A DNA stretch of 64,000 nt. Source: the human T2T-CHM13v2.0 reference genome, Homo sapiens. Where the stretch lies: NCBI RefSeq assembly GCF_009914755.1, contig NC_060943.1; one strand, given 5' to 3'. This document shows positions 38,671 through 62,324 of the stretch, piece after piece. The translations under genes and the position numbers were made by a program. Below the pieces are notes generated by a model, which saw only the letters and a program-made list of their open reading frames with translations, was not told the origin of the DNA and made no database searches. Positions within the stretch are counted from its first letter, which is position 1, and each line of letters starts with the position of its first letter.

Positions 38671-38780
38671 CCCGTGCTCCCATAAACTCCCTGATGTCAC
38701 TAGGAAAATACGCATCAAAACCACAGTGAGATATGACTTCACACCTTCTGGAATGGCTGTATTTTTTTTTTTTCTTTTGA

Positions 38781-39083
<303 letters not shown>

Positions 39084-39393
39084 TAGCAGATATTGGTGAG
39101 TATGCAGAGAAATTGGACTGCGCGTGCATTGCTGGCAGGGACGTAACATGGCGCCCCTGCTGTGGAAAACAGTTCCAGCAGCTCCTCCAGAAGTTAAACG
39201 TGGGATTGCCATAAAATCCAGCAATTCCACTTCGGGGTACACACCTAAAAGAACTGAAAACAGGGTCTCTAACATATTTGTACACAGTGTTCATAGCAGC
39301 TTTATTCACAATAGCCAAAAGGTGAAACCACCCACATGTCCATCAACAACAATGGATAAACAACATGTGGTATATACACACAAGGTAATATCA

Positions 39394-39715
<322 letters not shown>

Positions 39716-39772
39716 TCAAAAATAAAAATAAGGCCGGGCGTGGTGGCCCATGCCTGTAATCCTAGTACTTTA

Positions 39773-40079
<307 letters not shown>

Positions 40080-40280
40080 TTATGCTAAAGGAAATATTCC
40101 GGACTTGACAGATAAATACTGCATTGTGCCGCTTATCTGAGGTATCGAGAGGAGTCAAATTCATAGAGACAGGGATTAGAATGGTGGTTGCCAAGGCCTG
40201 GGAAAAGTGGGGAGTTACTATTTAATAGGGAGCGCTTAGGTTGAAGATGATGACAAAGTCTGGGGGATCCATAGTGGTGA

Positions 40281-40458
<178 letters not shown>

Positions 40459-41151
40459 TAGCTGGGACTACAGGTGCGTGCCACCATGCCTAGTTGATTT
40501 TTTGTATTTTTAGTAGAGACGGGGTTTCACCGTGTTAGCCAGGATGGTCTCGATCTCCTGACCTTGTGATTTGGCCTCCCAAAGTGCTGGGAATACAGGC
40601 ATGAGCCACCGCGCCCGGCCAGTGCCGTTGACTTGTATGTGCACTTACAGGTGGTTAAAATGAGAACTATCAGGGTGTTGATATCTAAAAACCTCCCTGC
40701 CATCATCTTCCCTACATCTCTCATTCAGTGACCATGGTTGAATGCCTGCCACCTTTCAAATATTATGTCAGGCACTCAGTATTGGCAGTTTTATCCATTA
40801 TAAATGCTTTAAGCTGCATAGAATTTTAAACGTGTTAATAAAAGTAGTTATAAATCTTTAATACATAAGCTGGCTTTAAAATTATTGGTAAAATAAGATT
40901 AGAAATGTCTTAAGAATTGTTGGCGTTTTTGTTTGCACTTATTGAACAAGTGGTTTCATGCTTATCCCTGCAGAATACTATGAGATTTGTCATAAGGGTT
41001 ATAAAACTATAAACCCGGCTGGGCGTGGTGGCTCACGCCTGTAATCCCAACACTCTGGGAGGCCGAGGCAGGCAGATCACCTGAGGTCGGGAGTTTGAGA
41101 CCAGCCTGACCAACATGGAGAAACGCCATCTCTACTAAAAATACAAAATTA

Positions 41152-41475
<324 letters not shown>

Positions 41476-43559
41476 TAAAAAATCAAATGCAACAGTGAAG
41501 TCAATCACCCGATGGCAGAAATTGGGGTGCTCCTGGCATGTGGTCGGTCGAAGCCAAGGACACTGCTCAGCATTCTGCAGTGCACAGGACGGCCCCGCCC
41601 AGGCGGAGAATGATCCGGTGACACATATAGGTGGGAAGGATGCACGAATGATGGCGTTTAGGAAGAATATTATCACTTCTTTCCCGTAAGAGCAACTTAG
41701 AGCAAGAAAATGGTATTATTCTTAGGGCCTTCTCTCTTATGGAGGCTCCAAGCCAGGGTTGCCATGGCAGAAGATGCTGGGCTTGCTTTTTCCTTGAGAG
41801 AACTGTACTCAAGATGATGTAACTGTCACCCCGGGTGCCACTTGGGTGCTTTGGAGAAGCGCTCAGACGCGACACGCCGTGACGACTCCGCGGCAGGCAG
41901 CCGGACCTGTCCTCTGGCGTGCGGTTCACGGGCTGTGTTTATCCCCCTGGTTCCTTCACAGCCACCTTGGGAAATACGTTGCCTCTGAATCACGCCAGGC
42001 AGGATCTCAGTGTGTGTGCTGCGGGGCTGGAAATCAGGGTGACACTCCGCTACCGAACAGCCTGACTAGGAAGCCAGAAAGACGCTGCCGGCTTTAGTTT
42101 GTCCTTTGACTTTCCTTGATATGAATGAAGATAGAGCACTTCCACACTGCACAACAGGAAAAGCCCAGAACGCTTCCTGGAGATAGCGAGGGGGTGATGC
42201 AGCGGACAGCTATGGCTGATGACCCCCTCACCTCTGACTCCCCCTCCCTCCCTGCTTTCTGAACGCACATCCATCACCAACCATAGGTTCCTGTTTGGGG
42301 TTTGCTGGCTGGAAAAAAAAAAAAAAAAAAAGGAAAGCTGGCTTTCTAGTAAAAACCACTTCCTTTGCTCATTTATCAAACTCAAACGCTAGGAGGGCCA
42401 CCTAACATCCTCCGTCCCACGCAATGGGGTGTTTCTGGAGCACTCCGGTGTATCAGGGACCCTGTCAGTTGCCATCGCACATGTATATGGGGCCAGCCCC
42501 TGTGCCACCGAAGAGGGGGGATATTGAAAACATGTTACAGCCAGGAGCGGTGCCCCCTTGGTTCAAGCAGTTCTTCTGCCTCAGCCTCCCTAATAGCTGG
42601 GATTACAGGCGTGCACCATCACGCCTGGCCACTGTTATGTAGTTTTTACCACAATTTAAAAAAGGAAAGAGTGCCTGGGTGAGTCCTACGCACCTATTCG
42701 GAGAACCAAAGGCTTTGAGGTTATCCTCGGCCCACCCATCTGATGGGAGTGTTTCTCAAACTTGCTTTTCCGTGATCTCCCAGTAAGAAATACCTACTAC
42801 ACACACACAGTCTCCGGTCGGCATGCTTAGGGTAGTCTTCCAATTCCCCCTCCTGGTATTTACACCCTGGAGTGGTCCGCTCCTCTTGGGCTGAACCTGT
42901 AACTTGCTCCCAAGCAAGAGCACACAGCAAGCTCACGCACGTGGTTGTTGGTGTGATTCTGTTTCTCCAGATTGTCTCCATTCCTCCCTGGCTTCTCCAC
43001 AGGGCCGCTCACCATGGCAGCCGGCTCCATCACCGCCAGCCAGCGAGAGGGCAAGACAAGAGGGCTGACGAGGGACGCTACCATCACAGAGGTCAGTTTT
43101 GTAACCTAACCACAAGACTAACCTACTGTCACTTCTGCCCTATCCTACTGCTAGAAGCCAGTCGCTACATCTCCCCCACACTCAAAGGGAGGTGGTCGCA
43201 CCGTGGGGTCCACTGGAAGTTGCCTACCAGACTCAGGTCATCCCAAACACACCCTCTAGCCATTTGGTGTGGCATCGGAAAGAAAACTAAGGCCAGGTAC
43301 GGTGGCTCATGCCTGTAATCCCAACAATTTGGGAGGCCATGGCGGAAGGGTCCCTTGAGCCCAGGAGTTTGAGACCAGCCTGGGCAACATAGCAAATGTT
43401 ATGTTGCCACCTCTACAAATAATTAGCCAAGTGTGGTGGCATGCACCTGTAGTCCCAGATACTCAGGAGGCTGAGGCAGGAGAATCACAGGTCGAGGTTG
43501 TAGTGAGCTGTGATGGCACTGCACTCCAGCCTTGGCAACACAGTAAGACCTCGTCTCTA

Positions 43560-43960
<401 letters not shown>

Positions 43961-44061
43961 CTAAGAGCCCCTTCATCTCACCCTGATCTCTATCCAGTTT
44001 CTAACACAGCAGTCTTGTAAGATGCCCGGACTTAAACGGTTATTTCCTGTGAAACAGGTGA

Positions 44062-44326
<265 letters not shown>

Positions 44327-45245
44327 TGATCCACCGCGCCCGGCCAAGTCTGAACTTTTGCATGGCCTGTTGCCCTGGTGATAAACTGATGCCTTGTTTC
44401 CTAAAAGGAATAAAGCCATGAGTTGCCTTTGTTCAGCTCATGGGCATTCACCCATGCACAGAGGAAAAATAAAATCTACGACTCGGGTACATTTTCTTCT
44501 TTTTTTTTTCTTTTAAATGAGCAAGTTTGAGAGTCTGCAGTTTGGACTACCATGAGAATTGATAGGAAGGTGGGAGTCCCAGGCAATCCCAGGTCCTGTA
44601 GCAGCAGCTGGTGGGGTTCCCACTCCATGCCGTGCAGAGCCTGAACTCAGGATGACACCTGCACCTGCTCTCTGGCTGGGCTCTGGCACAGGAAGCCCTC
44701 AGCAAACACCCCCGGCACAGCCATGCCATAGCCAGACAACAGCTCGCTGTACCACACCATCATGGGAGACAGCAGTTATTCTGAGCATCTCACTGCTGAA
44801 GAAACCAAGGCTCAGAGAGGACCATGCATGCACAAGGTCCCACAGGGACCCAAGAATCCACCAAGTGTCAGACAACTTGCCCATGCTCTTCACGGAGCAC
44901 CTTGGAACCCTCCCCGACAGGCACCGCTGGCTCTCCTGACGTGGCCTGCAAGTGCACGGAGCCCCTTCCTCCTCGGCCATTCCCAGTTTAGATTCCCAGG
45001 GGAAGCATCAGATGGCCCCTCTCCCCTGCTGGCAGCAGAGCAGACGGAACCAGCCAGAGCCCAGGGCAGTGCTCACCTGCAGGCCAGTCCACTGCGGCCA
45101 GCACCGCCCCCTAGAACCTACTGCGGGCATGGCGGCCGCCAGTCCTGGGTCTCCCGGCTCAGGTAGTGCCAGGAAGCTGCGGGCATGGCGGACAGCTGTC
45201 CTCGGTCTGGAGGCGCCATCCTGGCTTTCAAATCTGCTCCAGAGG

Positions 45246-45481
45246 TTATCTGGGGAGGGGCTGCTCCCTCACAGAGGGAGCCTCTAAGCCCACCAGGCGG
45301 GCACTTTCAGCCCAAAGCCTCCGGGCCACCTCCTCATCCTCAGCCTCGGGGGCCGGGGCCTTCTGTTTGAGTCCATCGAAGTACTTTCCGGAAACATCCG
45401 CCAGTTCCTCCGCCACGGCCAGGTATGTGCTGGGCTGGGCGGCCAGCTCGGGGCTCTTGACCAGCAGCCAGAAGATGGGCC
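45246..45481 (-). CDS. RDH13: RDH13 exon 7 (C-terminus ...VREQPLPR*)
   Basis: tgcag|GGCCC acceptor and 236 nt to TAA at 45246. Exons sum to 65+119+156+105+213+102+236=996 nt, or 331 aa. Confidence 0.95.
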
Positions 45482-45822
45482 CTGCAATCAGCCCACAGGG
45501 CATTTAGTCCACACTCGCTCAGAGAGAAGGAAGGAAGCCCCGCTCCCCGGTCAGGGAGCTCCGGGTCCCTGGAGTCCCACAGAGCCCTCCTCTAGCCCTT
45601 TCCCCTTGGCTGCCTCCATCTGCAGTTCCCTTCCCTGGCACTGCCCAGGCAAATCCCACCAGACCAGGGATCAGACCAAAAGCTGCCTCCCCCAAGGAGC
45701 CTTCCTGGCTTTGTCCAGGAAAATGGAAGCTCTCTTCCTCTTGGTCAGCCCCAGTCCTCACCCTACCCCATTTCTCCTTTAATAACATCTTATTAAATGC
45801 ACCTGGCACCAGCCTCAGGTTA

Positions 45823-46249
<427 letters not shown>

Positions 46250-46302
46250 TCAACTAAAAATAAAAACTTAGCTGGGTGTGGTGGTGGGCGCCTGCAATCT
46301 CA

Positions 46303-46671
<369 letters not shown>

Positions 46672-47558
46672 TAATCCGCCCACCACAGCCTCCCAAAGTG
46701 CTGGGATTACAGGCGTGGCTATTAGCCTCGCCAAGTTAAGATTCTTGATGCCAACCAATCACCCACTCCATGTTTTTCAGGATTATAAACACTAGTCATA
46801 AAGCATGAACTGCCTGGGGGTGGTGGCTCACACCTGTAATCCCAGCACTTTGGGAGGCAGTTGGATCACCTGAGGTCAGGAGTTTGAGACTAGCCTGACC
46901 AATATGGTGAAACCCCACCTCTAGCTGGGTGTGGTGGTGTGCACCTGTAATCCCAGCTACTTGGAGACAGGAGAATCGCTTGAACCTGGGAGGTGGAAGT
47001 TGCAGTGAGTGGAGATCATGCCATTGTACTCCAGCCTGGGCGACAGAGCAAGACTTCATCTCGAAAATAAGTAAGTAAAGCTCCAACTGTTTGTTCCACC
47101 TATTCTCTGGGCGGGGTCCTGTGCTGGCCCTTTCAAGGAAGGTCTCGTATAACCCCCCCAGTGACTGTGAGGTGAGTCCTATTAAGGCCTGCACTCTGCA
47201 GATGAAGAAACAGGCTCAGAGGGGTAACAGCTCTTCCCCAGGAGGTGCAGCTGGTTTGGGGTGAAGCTGGAGTTACCCTGAGTACAGCCTGACTCCAGGC
47301 GTCAGCTCCACGGCCTCTTCCTCTGAGACACGGTTTTCTCATCCGCCAGCAGGGCTCTGCCTGCTTCCCGGAGCTGTTAGAGGCTGGCAGGCCAGGTCAA
47401 CAGAGGAAAGGGACCTGTGCTCTGTGCCTCAGAAGACGTAGGCGAGGAGCAGGCATGAGGCCTCAGGGACGGTCTCTGAGGGAGGGTCCTGGGCCCTGGG
47501 CTGAGAAAGCAGGGGTGGAGGGCTCCACGTGGAGACCCCAGGCTGGGAGGGGACTCAC

Positions 47559-47660
47559 CGAGTGTGGTGCTGGAGAAGGTGGAGCCATGGATGCCCGTGT
47601 GTCTGCCCAGCTCTGTCCTGGCCACGCCGGGGTGCAGGGCGTTGACAGTCACACCAGAGC
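47559..47660 (-). CDS. RDH13: RDH13 exon 6 (GSGVTVNALHPGVARTELGR)
   Basis: 102 nt with canonical AG and GTGAGT. Contains the SDR HPG motif. Confidence 0.95.
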
Positions 47661-48500
47661 CTGGGGAAGAAAGAAAGAGAAGACTGAGGGAGGGGTCCAG
47701 CCTCACCTGGGAGGCTGTGGCAGCCTACACCCAGCTGTGGGGCTTCCGGGCACCAGGCTGCTTCCTGCACTCAAACCCCATCGTCCCTCTTGCTCTGGAA
47801 TCTTAGTGAAGTGGTCTTATCTTGCGGAGCGGCTCTGCCACATGGCTGCTGGGAGCCGAGCTTTCCTGGAGGGCTTCATAAACCCAGAACGCTGAGCTTA
47901 CCCCGGGAGCCTGCATCGGTGCGTGGCGGTGGGACCTAAGATACTGTAACTCTGACCAGCTCCCAGTGGGGCTGGCACCGCTGGTCCACAGACCGTCTTT
48001 CAGAAGCAAAGGCCTAGCACAGATTTCTCAATCTCAGCACTGTGGATGCTGTGGGTTGGGAGGAGTGAGGGGCCATCCCGTGCGCTGTAGGACATTGAGA
48101 GCATCTGGGCCTTTACCCTCCAGATGCCCAGAGCAATCTCTCCCCAAGCCAGCTGTGATCACTGTGTTTCCAGGCATTGACAACTGCGGGTCAAAACTGC
48201 CCCTGGTTGAGACTCACTGGCTGGAGCCAAAAGGCTGAGCTGCCTGCCCAACAGCAGCAGGGAAGGACATCTGATCCAGGCAGACTAGACCACCTGGGAT
48301 GAACAGACAATCCTCAGAAGAACGATCGATTAGTGATGTCTGCTTCAGGCACCAGAAGCGGGCAGCGTGGTCCACATGCTCTACTTTTGCTGACTCTGTT
48401 CTGGATCCACCGTTTGGCCTCCCATCAGCCTAGGATCATGGAAAGGCCGCTCTAGGCTCAGAGTAAAGCAAGAGGGAGGCCGAGCCTAGCGCCCCCGTAC

Positions 48501-48713
48501 CTTGCAGCCGCCGGCTCAGCTCCTTGGTGAAGAGGACGATGGCGAGCTTGCTCTGGCAGTAGGCGGCTTTGGTGTTATACTTCCTCGTCTGCCAGTTCAA
48601 GTCGTCAAAGTCTATGTGCCCAGCAACATGGGCCAGGGACGAGAGGTTGATGATCCGCGAAGGGGCTGAGGCTTTCAGCTTGTCCAGCAGCAAGTTTGTC
48701 AAGAGAAAGTGAC
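48501..48713 (-). CDS. RDH13: RDH13 exon 5 (catalytic INLSS and YCQSK motifs)
   Basis: 213 nt containing the SDR YxxxK active site, with canonical boundaries. Confidence 0.96.
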
Positions 48714-48830
48714 CTGGATTAAGGATGATGAAAAGGTCACTTTTGACTCACACCTAAAATCCCAGCACTTTGGGAGGACGACGGGGGAGGATCGCTTGAA
48801 CCCATGGTGCAGCCCCTGCCCAGGCCTCAC

Positions 48831-48935
48831 CCAGGTGGTTAACGCCAAACTGCATCTCGAAGCCGTCCTCGGTGGTCCAGTGGGGGCACCGCATCACACC
48901 CGCGTTGTTGATTAGAATGTCCACTCGCTCCTCCT
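48831..48935 (-). CDS. RDH13: RDH13 exon 4 (VDILINNAG)
   Basis: 105 nt with the SDR NNAG motif, between ccag| and |GTGAGG. Confidence 0.96.
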
Positions 48936-49679
48936 CTGGAAGAGAGGGGTGGAGGAGGAGACATCCCGGTGAGGACAGACCCCAGCCTGATGCACCAGCA
49001 GAAACACTCCTGTGCTCCCACAACCTGTGAATGTGGCCTGTGCCGGAAACAGGGTCTGTGCCGAAGTGGCCATGTCAGGATGCGGTCATTAGGGTGAGCC
49101 CTAATCCAATGACTGGTGTCCTTATAGGAAGGGAAAACAGAGACAGAGACACATGGGGAGAAGGCCATGTGTGGACAGAGGCAAAGACCGGAGAGGCACA
49201 GCTCCAAGGTGAGGGTGGGCCGCCCCCGCTGGAAGTGGAAGAGGCTGGGAGGATTATGGCCCGTCTCACAGGTCACAGCCACAGGGACACCGCGATTCAG
49301 ACTGCCGGCTTCCGGAACCGTGAGGGAATGCACGTCTGAGGGTGTAAGCCACTGGGTTTGCAGTACATTGTTACAGCAGCTCCAGGACACTCACACGCCC
49401 TCCGCACCTCCATCTAAGCCTTGGGACTCCTTCCTGCCGGAGCCCCGAGGCCAAAAACGGGAGGTTACCGGTGGGAGCCCCGGCACCGCAGGCGTGGTTT
49501 CATTCCCAAACCTGCCACCTCACTCATACAAGCAACCAAAGGACACACAGATGGAGACTGCAGCCTCAGTTTCCTCAGCTGTAAAATGCGCTGAACCACA
49601 GGGCCTTCCTCCCTGTACCACTCAGCTCGGGTTCCGTAACAAAGTGCCACAGACAGGTGGTTTAAAACCTCACAGACCT

Positions 49680-56670
<6,991 letters not shown>

Positions 56671-56840
56671 AAGTCGTTGCTTGCAGGCTGTACAAAAAAA
56701 GGCAGCAACTGGACTTGGCCCCTAACTCATAGTTTGCCAAAACTCTGCTCTAAAGTTTGCTTGCTTCATTCACTTCTCAGAGCCTGGCCCTGGGAGCCGC
56801 CTATCCCAGTCCTCATCCCACATGGCCAGCGTTCTCCTAC

Positions 56841-56996
56841 CTTCAATGATCTTTGCTGCAAACTCTCGGATAGACTTGAGGGAAGCCAAGTCCAGGTGCC
56901 GGGCGTTGACATGGTGATTGAGGGTCTCCCCGCGGATGTCCTTTGCTGCCGCCTCACACTTCTCCATGTCTCGGCAGGCCAGGATGATGTTGCCTC
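56841..56996 (-). CDS. RDH13: RDH13 exon 3 (GGNIILACRDMEKCEAAAKDIRGE...DLASLKSIREFAAKIIE)
   Basis: 156 nt between tttcag| and |GTAGGA. Confidence 0.96.
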
Positions 56997-57535
56997 CTGA
57001 AAACCCAGGATGGAAAAAGATTTAAATTAATAATCCACTCCTGGGTACTGACCCCGGAGACATGAAAACATACGTCTACACAAAAACACATCCACCAATG
57101 TTCACTGCGGCATTCTTCACAAAAGCCAAAAGGTAGAAACAACCAAATGCCCATCTGTGGATGAAGGGACAACAAAATGTGGTCCATCCATAGAGATGGA
57201 ATATTAGACGGCCGTGAAAAGGAGTGAAGCACTGGCTCATGCTACAGCAAGGATGACCGTCAGAAACACTGTGCTCGGGGAAAGAAACCAGACACGAAAG
57301 ACCACACAGCGTACAATCCCATTTACATGAATTCTATGTATATGATTTCACACCTATGAAACGCCCAGAATAGGCAAATCCATAGAGAAAGAAAATAGAT
57401 TCTTGGTTTTCTAGGGCAGGGGGTGGGGAGAGGGAATTACAGCTTGATAGTTACAGTGAGCAGGTTTCTTTCTAGGGTAACAGATGTTCTAAGATTGATT
57501 TTAAAGATGGTTGCATCATTCTGTGACTATACTAA

Positions 57536-57804
<269 letters not shown>

Positions 57805-58302
57805 TAGTAGAGTCAGCGGTTTCACCATGTTAGCCAAGCTAGTCTTGAATTTCTGACCTCAGGTGATCCACCCCGCGGCCTCCCAAAGTACTGGGATTAC
57901 AAATAAGCCACAATGCCCAGCCTCCAATTTTTTTTGTTGTGGTAAAATACAAATCACTTAAAATTTATCATCTTAACCCCCTTTTCTTTTTGTTTATTAT
58001 TATTTTTTTTTTTTTGAGTCAGTCTCACTCTGCTGCCGCGGCTGGAGTGCTGGCGCCATCACAGCTCATTCAGCCTTGAACTCCTAGGCTCAAGTGACCT
58101 GGGACTATAGGTACCACCTGTGCCAGCATGCCTGGCTAACTCTGGTAGAGATGGGGGTGTTGCTATGGTGTCCAGGCTGGTCTGGAACCCCTGGCCTCAA
58201 GTGATCCTCCTGCCTCAGCCTCCAAAAGTGCTGGAATTATAGATGTGAGCCACCGAGACCCGCCCTCTTAGCCATTTTTAAGTGTCCAGTTCATTGGTAT
58301 TA

Positions 58303-58639
<337 letters not shown>

Positions 58640-58774
58640 TCAAATTGTTTCATCTTGCCAAACTAAACTTCCGTTTCCATTAAACAGTAACTCCCCATTC
58701 TCCCCTCCCCTCCTGACCCCTGGCAAGCACCATTCAAACTTCTCTATGAATTTAACTGTAGGTAGCTCCTGTAA

Positions 58775-59077
<303 letters not shown>

Positions 59078-59345
59078 TAGGCTGGTCTCGAACTCCTGAC
59101 CTCGTGATCCGCCAGCTTTGGCCTCCCAAAGTACTGATTACAGGCGTGCGCCACCGCGCCCGGCCAGAATGCCCTTCCTTTTTAAGGCTGAATCATATGC
59201 CCCTGTCTATAGAAGCCACATTCTGTTTCCCTGTTCATCTGTGGATGGGTGCCTGGGTTCCTTCCACCTCCGGACTGTGAATAATGCTGCAGTGAGCATG
59301 GATGTACAGATATCTCTCTGAGAGCCAAAGCAGGGGAGATTTTAC

Positions 59346-59464
59346 CTCTCCTGGCCAGTTCCAAGGCGGTCTGCTTCCCGATGCCTGTGTTGGCGCCCGT
59401 CACGATGACCGTCTTCCCAGGGATGGTGGCCTTGCTGGGGCAAGCCCCACCGGTGACATAGTCC
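59346..59464 (-). CDS. RDH13: RDH13 exon 2 (Rossmann TGANTGIG motif)
   Basis: 119 nt with the TGxxxGxG NAD(P)-binding motif and canonical boundaries. Confidence 0.96.
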
Positions 59465-59878
59465 CTGAGGGTGAGAAGCGGCACGGTCAGTCCTGTGGGC
59501 CCACTCTCACCCCACGTGCCCCTGACTGAATGATCTCAGGCAACCTTGTCTGAGCTCACTCACATACCCCAACTGAAACACAGACATCATCACATCACAC
59601 CACGGGACCTCTGTCATGTTCTCCATAAGTGGCTCCACCCAGTGTCTGGCGTGTGGAACGCCTTCAGCAAGTGACAGTCATTATTTTATAAATGCTCACT
59701 GCATGAGATTCCCGGCCAGGTGAGGGGGCTTGCGCCTGTAATCCCAGCACTTTGGGAGGCCAAAGTTTTGGGGGTGGGGGGGGGCGGGGGCGGATCACTT
59801 GAGGTCAGGAGTTCAAGTCCAGCCTGGCAAACATGGCGAGACCCCGTCTCTACTTAAAATACAAAAATTAGCCAGGTG

Positions 59879-60878
59879 TGTAGGGAAAAGAGAGATTAGA
59901 CTGTTACTGTGTCTATATAGAAAGGAAAGACATAAGAGACTCCATTTTGAAAAAGACCTGTACTTTGAACAATTGCTTTGCTGAGATGTTGTTAATTTGT
60001 AGCTTTGACCCAGCCACTTTGACCCAATCTGGAGCTCACAAAAACCTGTGTTGTATGAAATCAAGGTTTAAGGGATCTAGGGCTGTGCAGGAAGTGCCTT
60101 GTTAACACAATGTTTCCAAGCAGTATACTTGGTAAAAGTCATCGCCAGTCTCTAGTCTCAATAAACCAGGGGCACGATGCACTGCAGAAAGCTGCAGGGA
60201 CCTCTGCCCTTGAACACAGAGTATTGTCCAAGGTTTCTCCCCGTGGGATAGTCTGAAATATGGCCTCGTGGGATGAGAAAGACCTGACCGTCCCCCAGCC
60301 CAACACCCGTAAAGGGTCTGTGCTGAGGTGGATTAGTAAAAGAGGAAAGCCTCTTGCAGTTGAGCTAGAGGAAGGCCACTGTCTCCTGCCTGCCCCTGGG
60401 AACTGAATGTCTCGGTATAAAACCCGATTGTACATTTGTTCAATTCTGAGACAGGAGAAAAGCCGCCCTATGGCGGGAGGCGAGACATGTTTACAGCAAT
60501 GCTGCCTTGTTATTCTTTACTCCGCTGAGATGTTTGGGTGGAGAGAAACATCAATCTGGCCTACGTGCACGTCCAGGCATAGTACCTTCCCTTGAACTTA
60601 ATTATGTCATAGATTCTTTTGCTCACATGGTTTTTGCTGACCTCATTATCACCCTGCTCTCCTACTACATTCCTTTTTGCTGAAATAATGAAGATAATAA
60701 TCAGTAAAAACTGAGGGAACTCAGAGGCCGGTGCCGGTGCAGGTCCTTGGTATGCTGAGCGCCGGTCCCCTGGGCCCACTGTTGTTTCTCTATACTTTGT
60801 GTCTTATTTCTTTTCTCAGTCTCTCGTCCCACCCAACTAGAAATACCCACAGGTGTGGAGGGGCAGGCCACCCCTTCA
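59879..60878 (+). mobile_element. HERV-K(HML-2) solo LTR (LTR5A/B-like) inserted in an Alu in RDH13 intron 1
   Basis: 1000 bp from TGTAGGGAAAAG to GGCCACCCCTTCA. 6-bp TSD caggtg (59873-59878) and caggcg (60879-60884). The Alu continues on both sides. Confidence 0.92.
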
Positions 60879-61778
60879 CAGGCGTGGTGGTGCACACCTG
60901 TAATCTCAGCTACTCAGGGGGCTGAGGCACGAGAATTGCTTGAACCTGGAAGGCGGAGGTTGCAGTGAGTCGAAATGGTGCCAGCCTGGGCAACAGAGCG
61001 AGACTCTGTCTCAAAAAAATTTAAATTTAAATTTAAAATGCCCGCTGCACGAGATTCCCATGGCTGCTGTACGCATTACCACAGACTTAGTGGCTTAAAA
61101 CCACGTAAGTGCATCCTCCTCCAGTTCGGCAGGTCAAGAGTCCAAAACATGTCTCACTGGAATAAATCAAGGTATTGGTAGAGTCAGGTTCCTTCTGGAG
61201 GCTCTAGGGAAGAATCCACTTCCAGCTCCTACAGACCGCCACATTCCTCCACTCTTGGCCCCGCCTCCATCTTCAACCTGCATCCTCACTGGAACCTCTC
61301 CTTTATTTATTTATTTATTTACTTATTTATTTTTGAGACAGAGTCTCGCTCTGTCGCCCAGGCTGGAGTGCAGTGGCGCAATCTCAGCTCACTGTAACCT
61401 TCGCCTCACAGGTTCAAGCGATTCTCCTGCCTTAGCCTCCTGAGTGGCTGGGATTACAGGCACATGCCACCACACCTGGCTAATTTCTTTTGTATTTTTA
61501 GTAGAGACAGAGTTTTACCACGTTGGTCAGGCTGGTCTCGAACTCCTGACCTTGTGATCCGCCTGCCTTGGCCTCCCAAAGTGCTGCGATTACAGGCGTG
61601 AGCCACCACACCCAACAACCTCTCCTTCTATCTTCCATCTCCCCTCTGACTGAGCCTCCTGCTCCCTCTTATAAGGACCCTATAAGACTACAAGGCAGGA
61701 CCGGCACAGTGCCTCACACCTGTAATCCCAGCACTTTGGGAGGCCAAGACAGGAGGATCACTTGAGGTCAGGAGTTCA

Positions 61779-62324
<546 letters not shown>

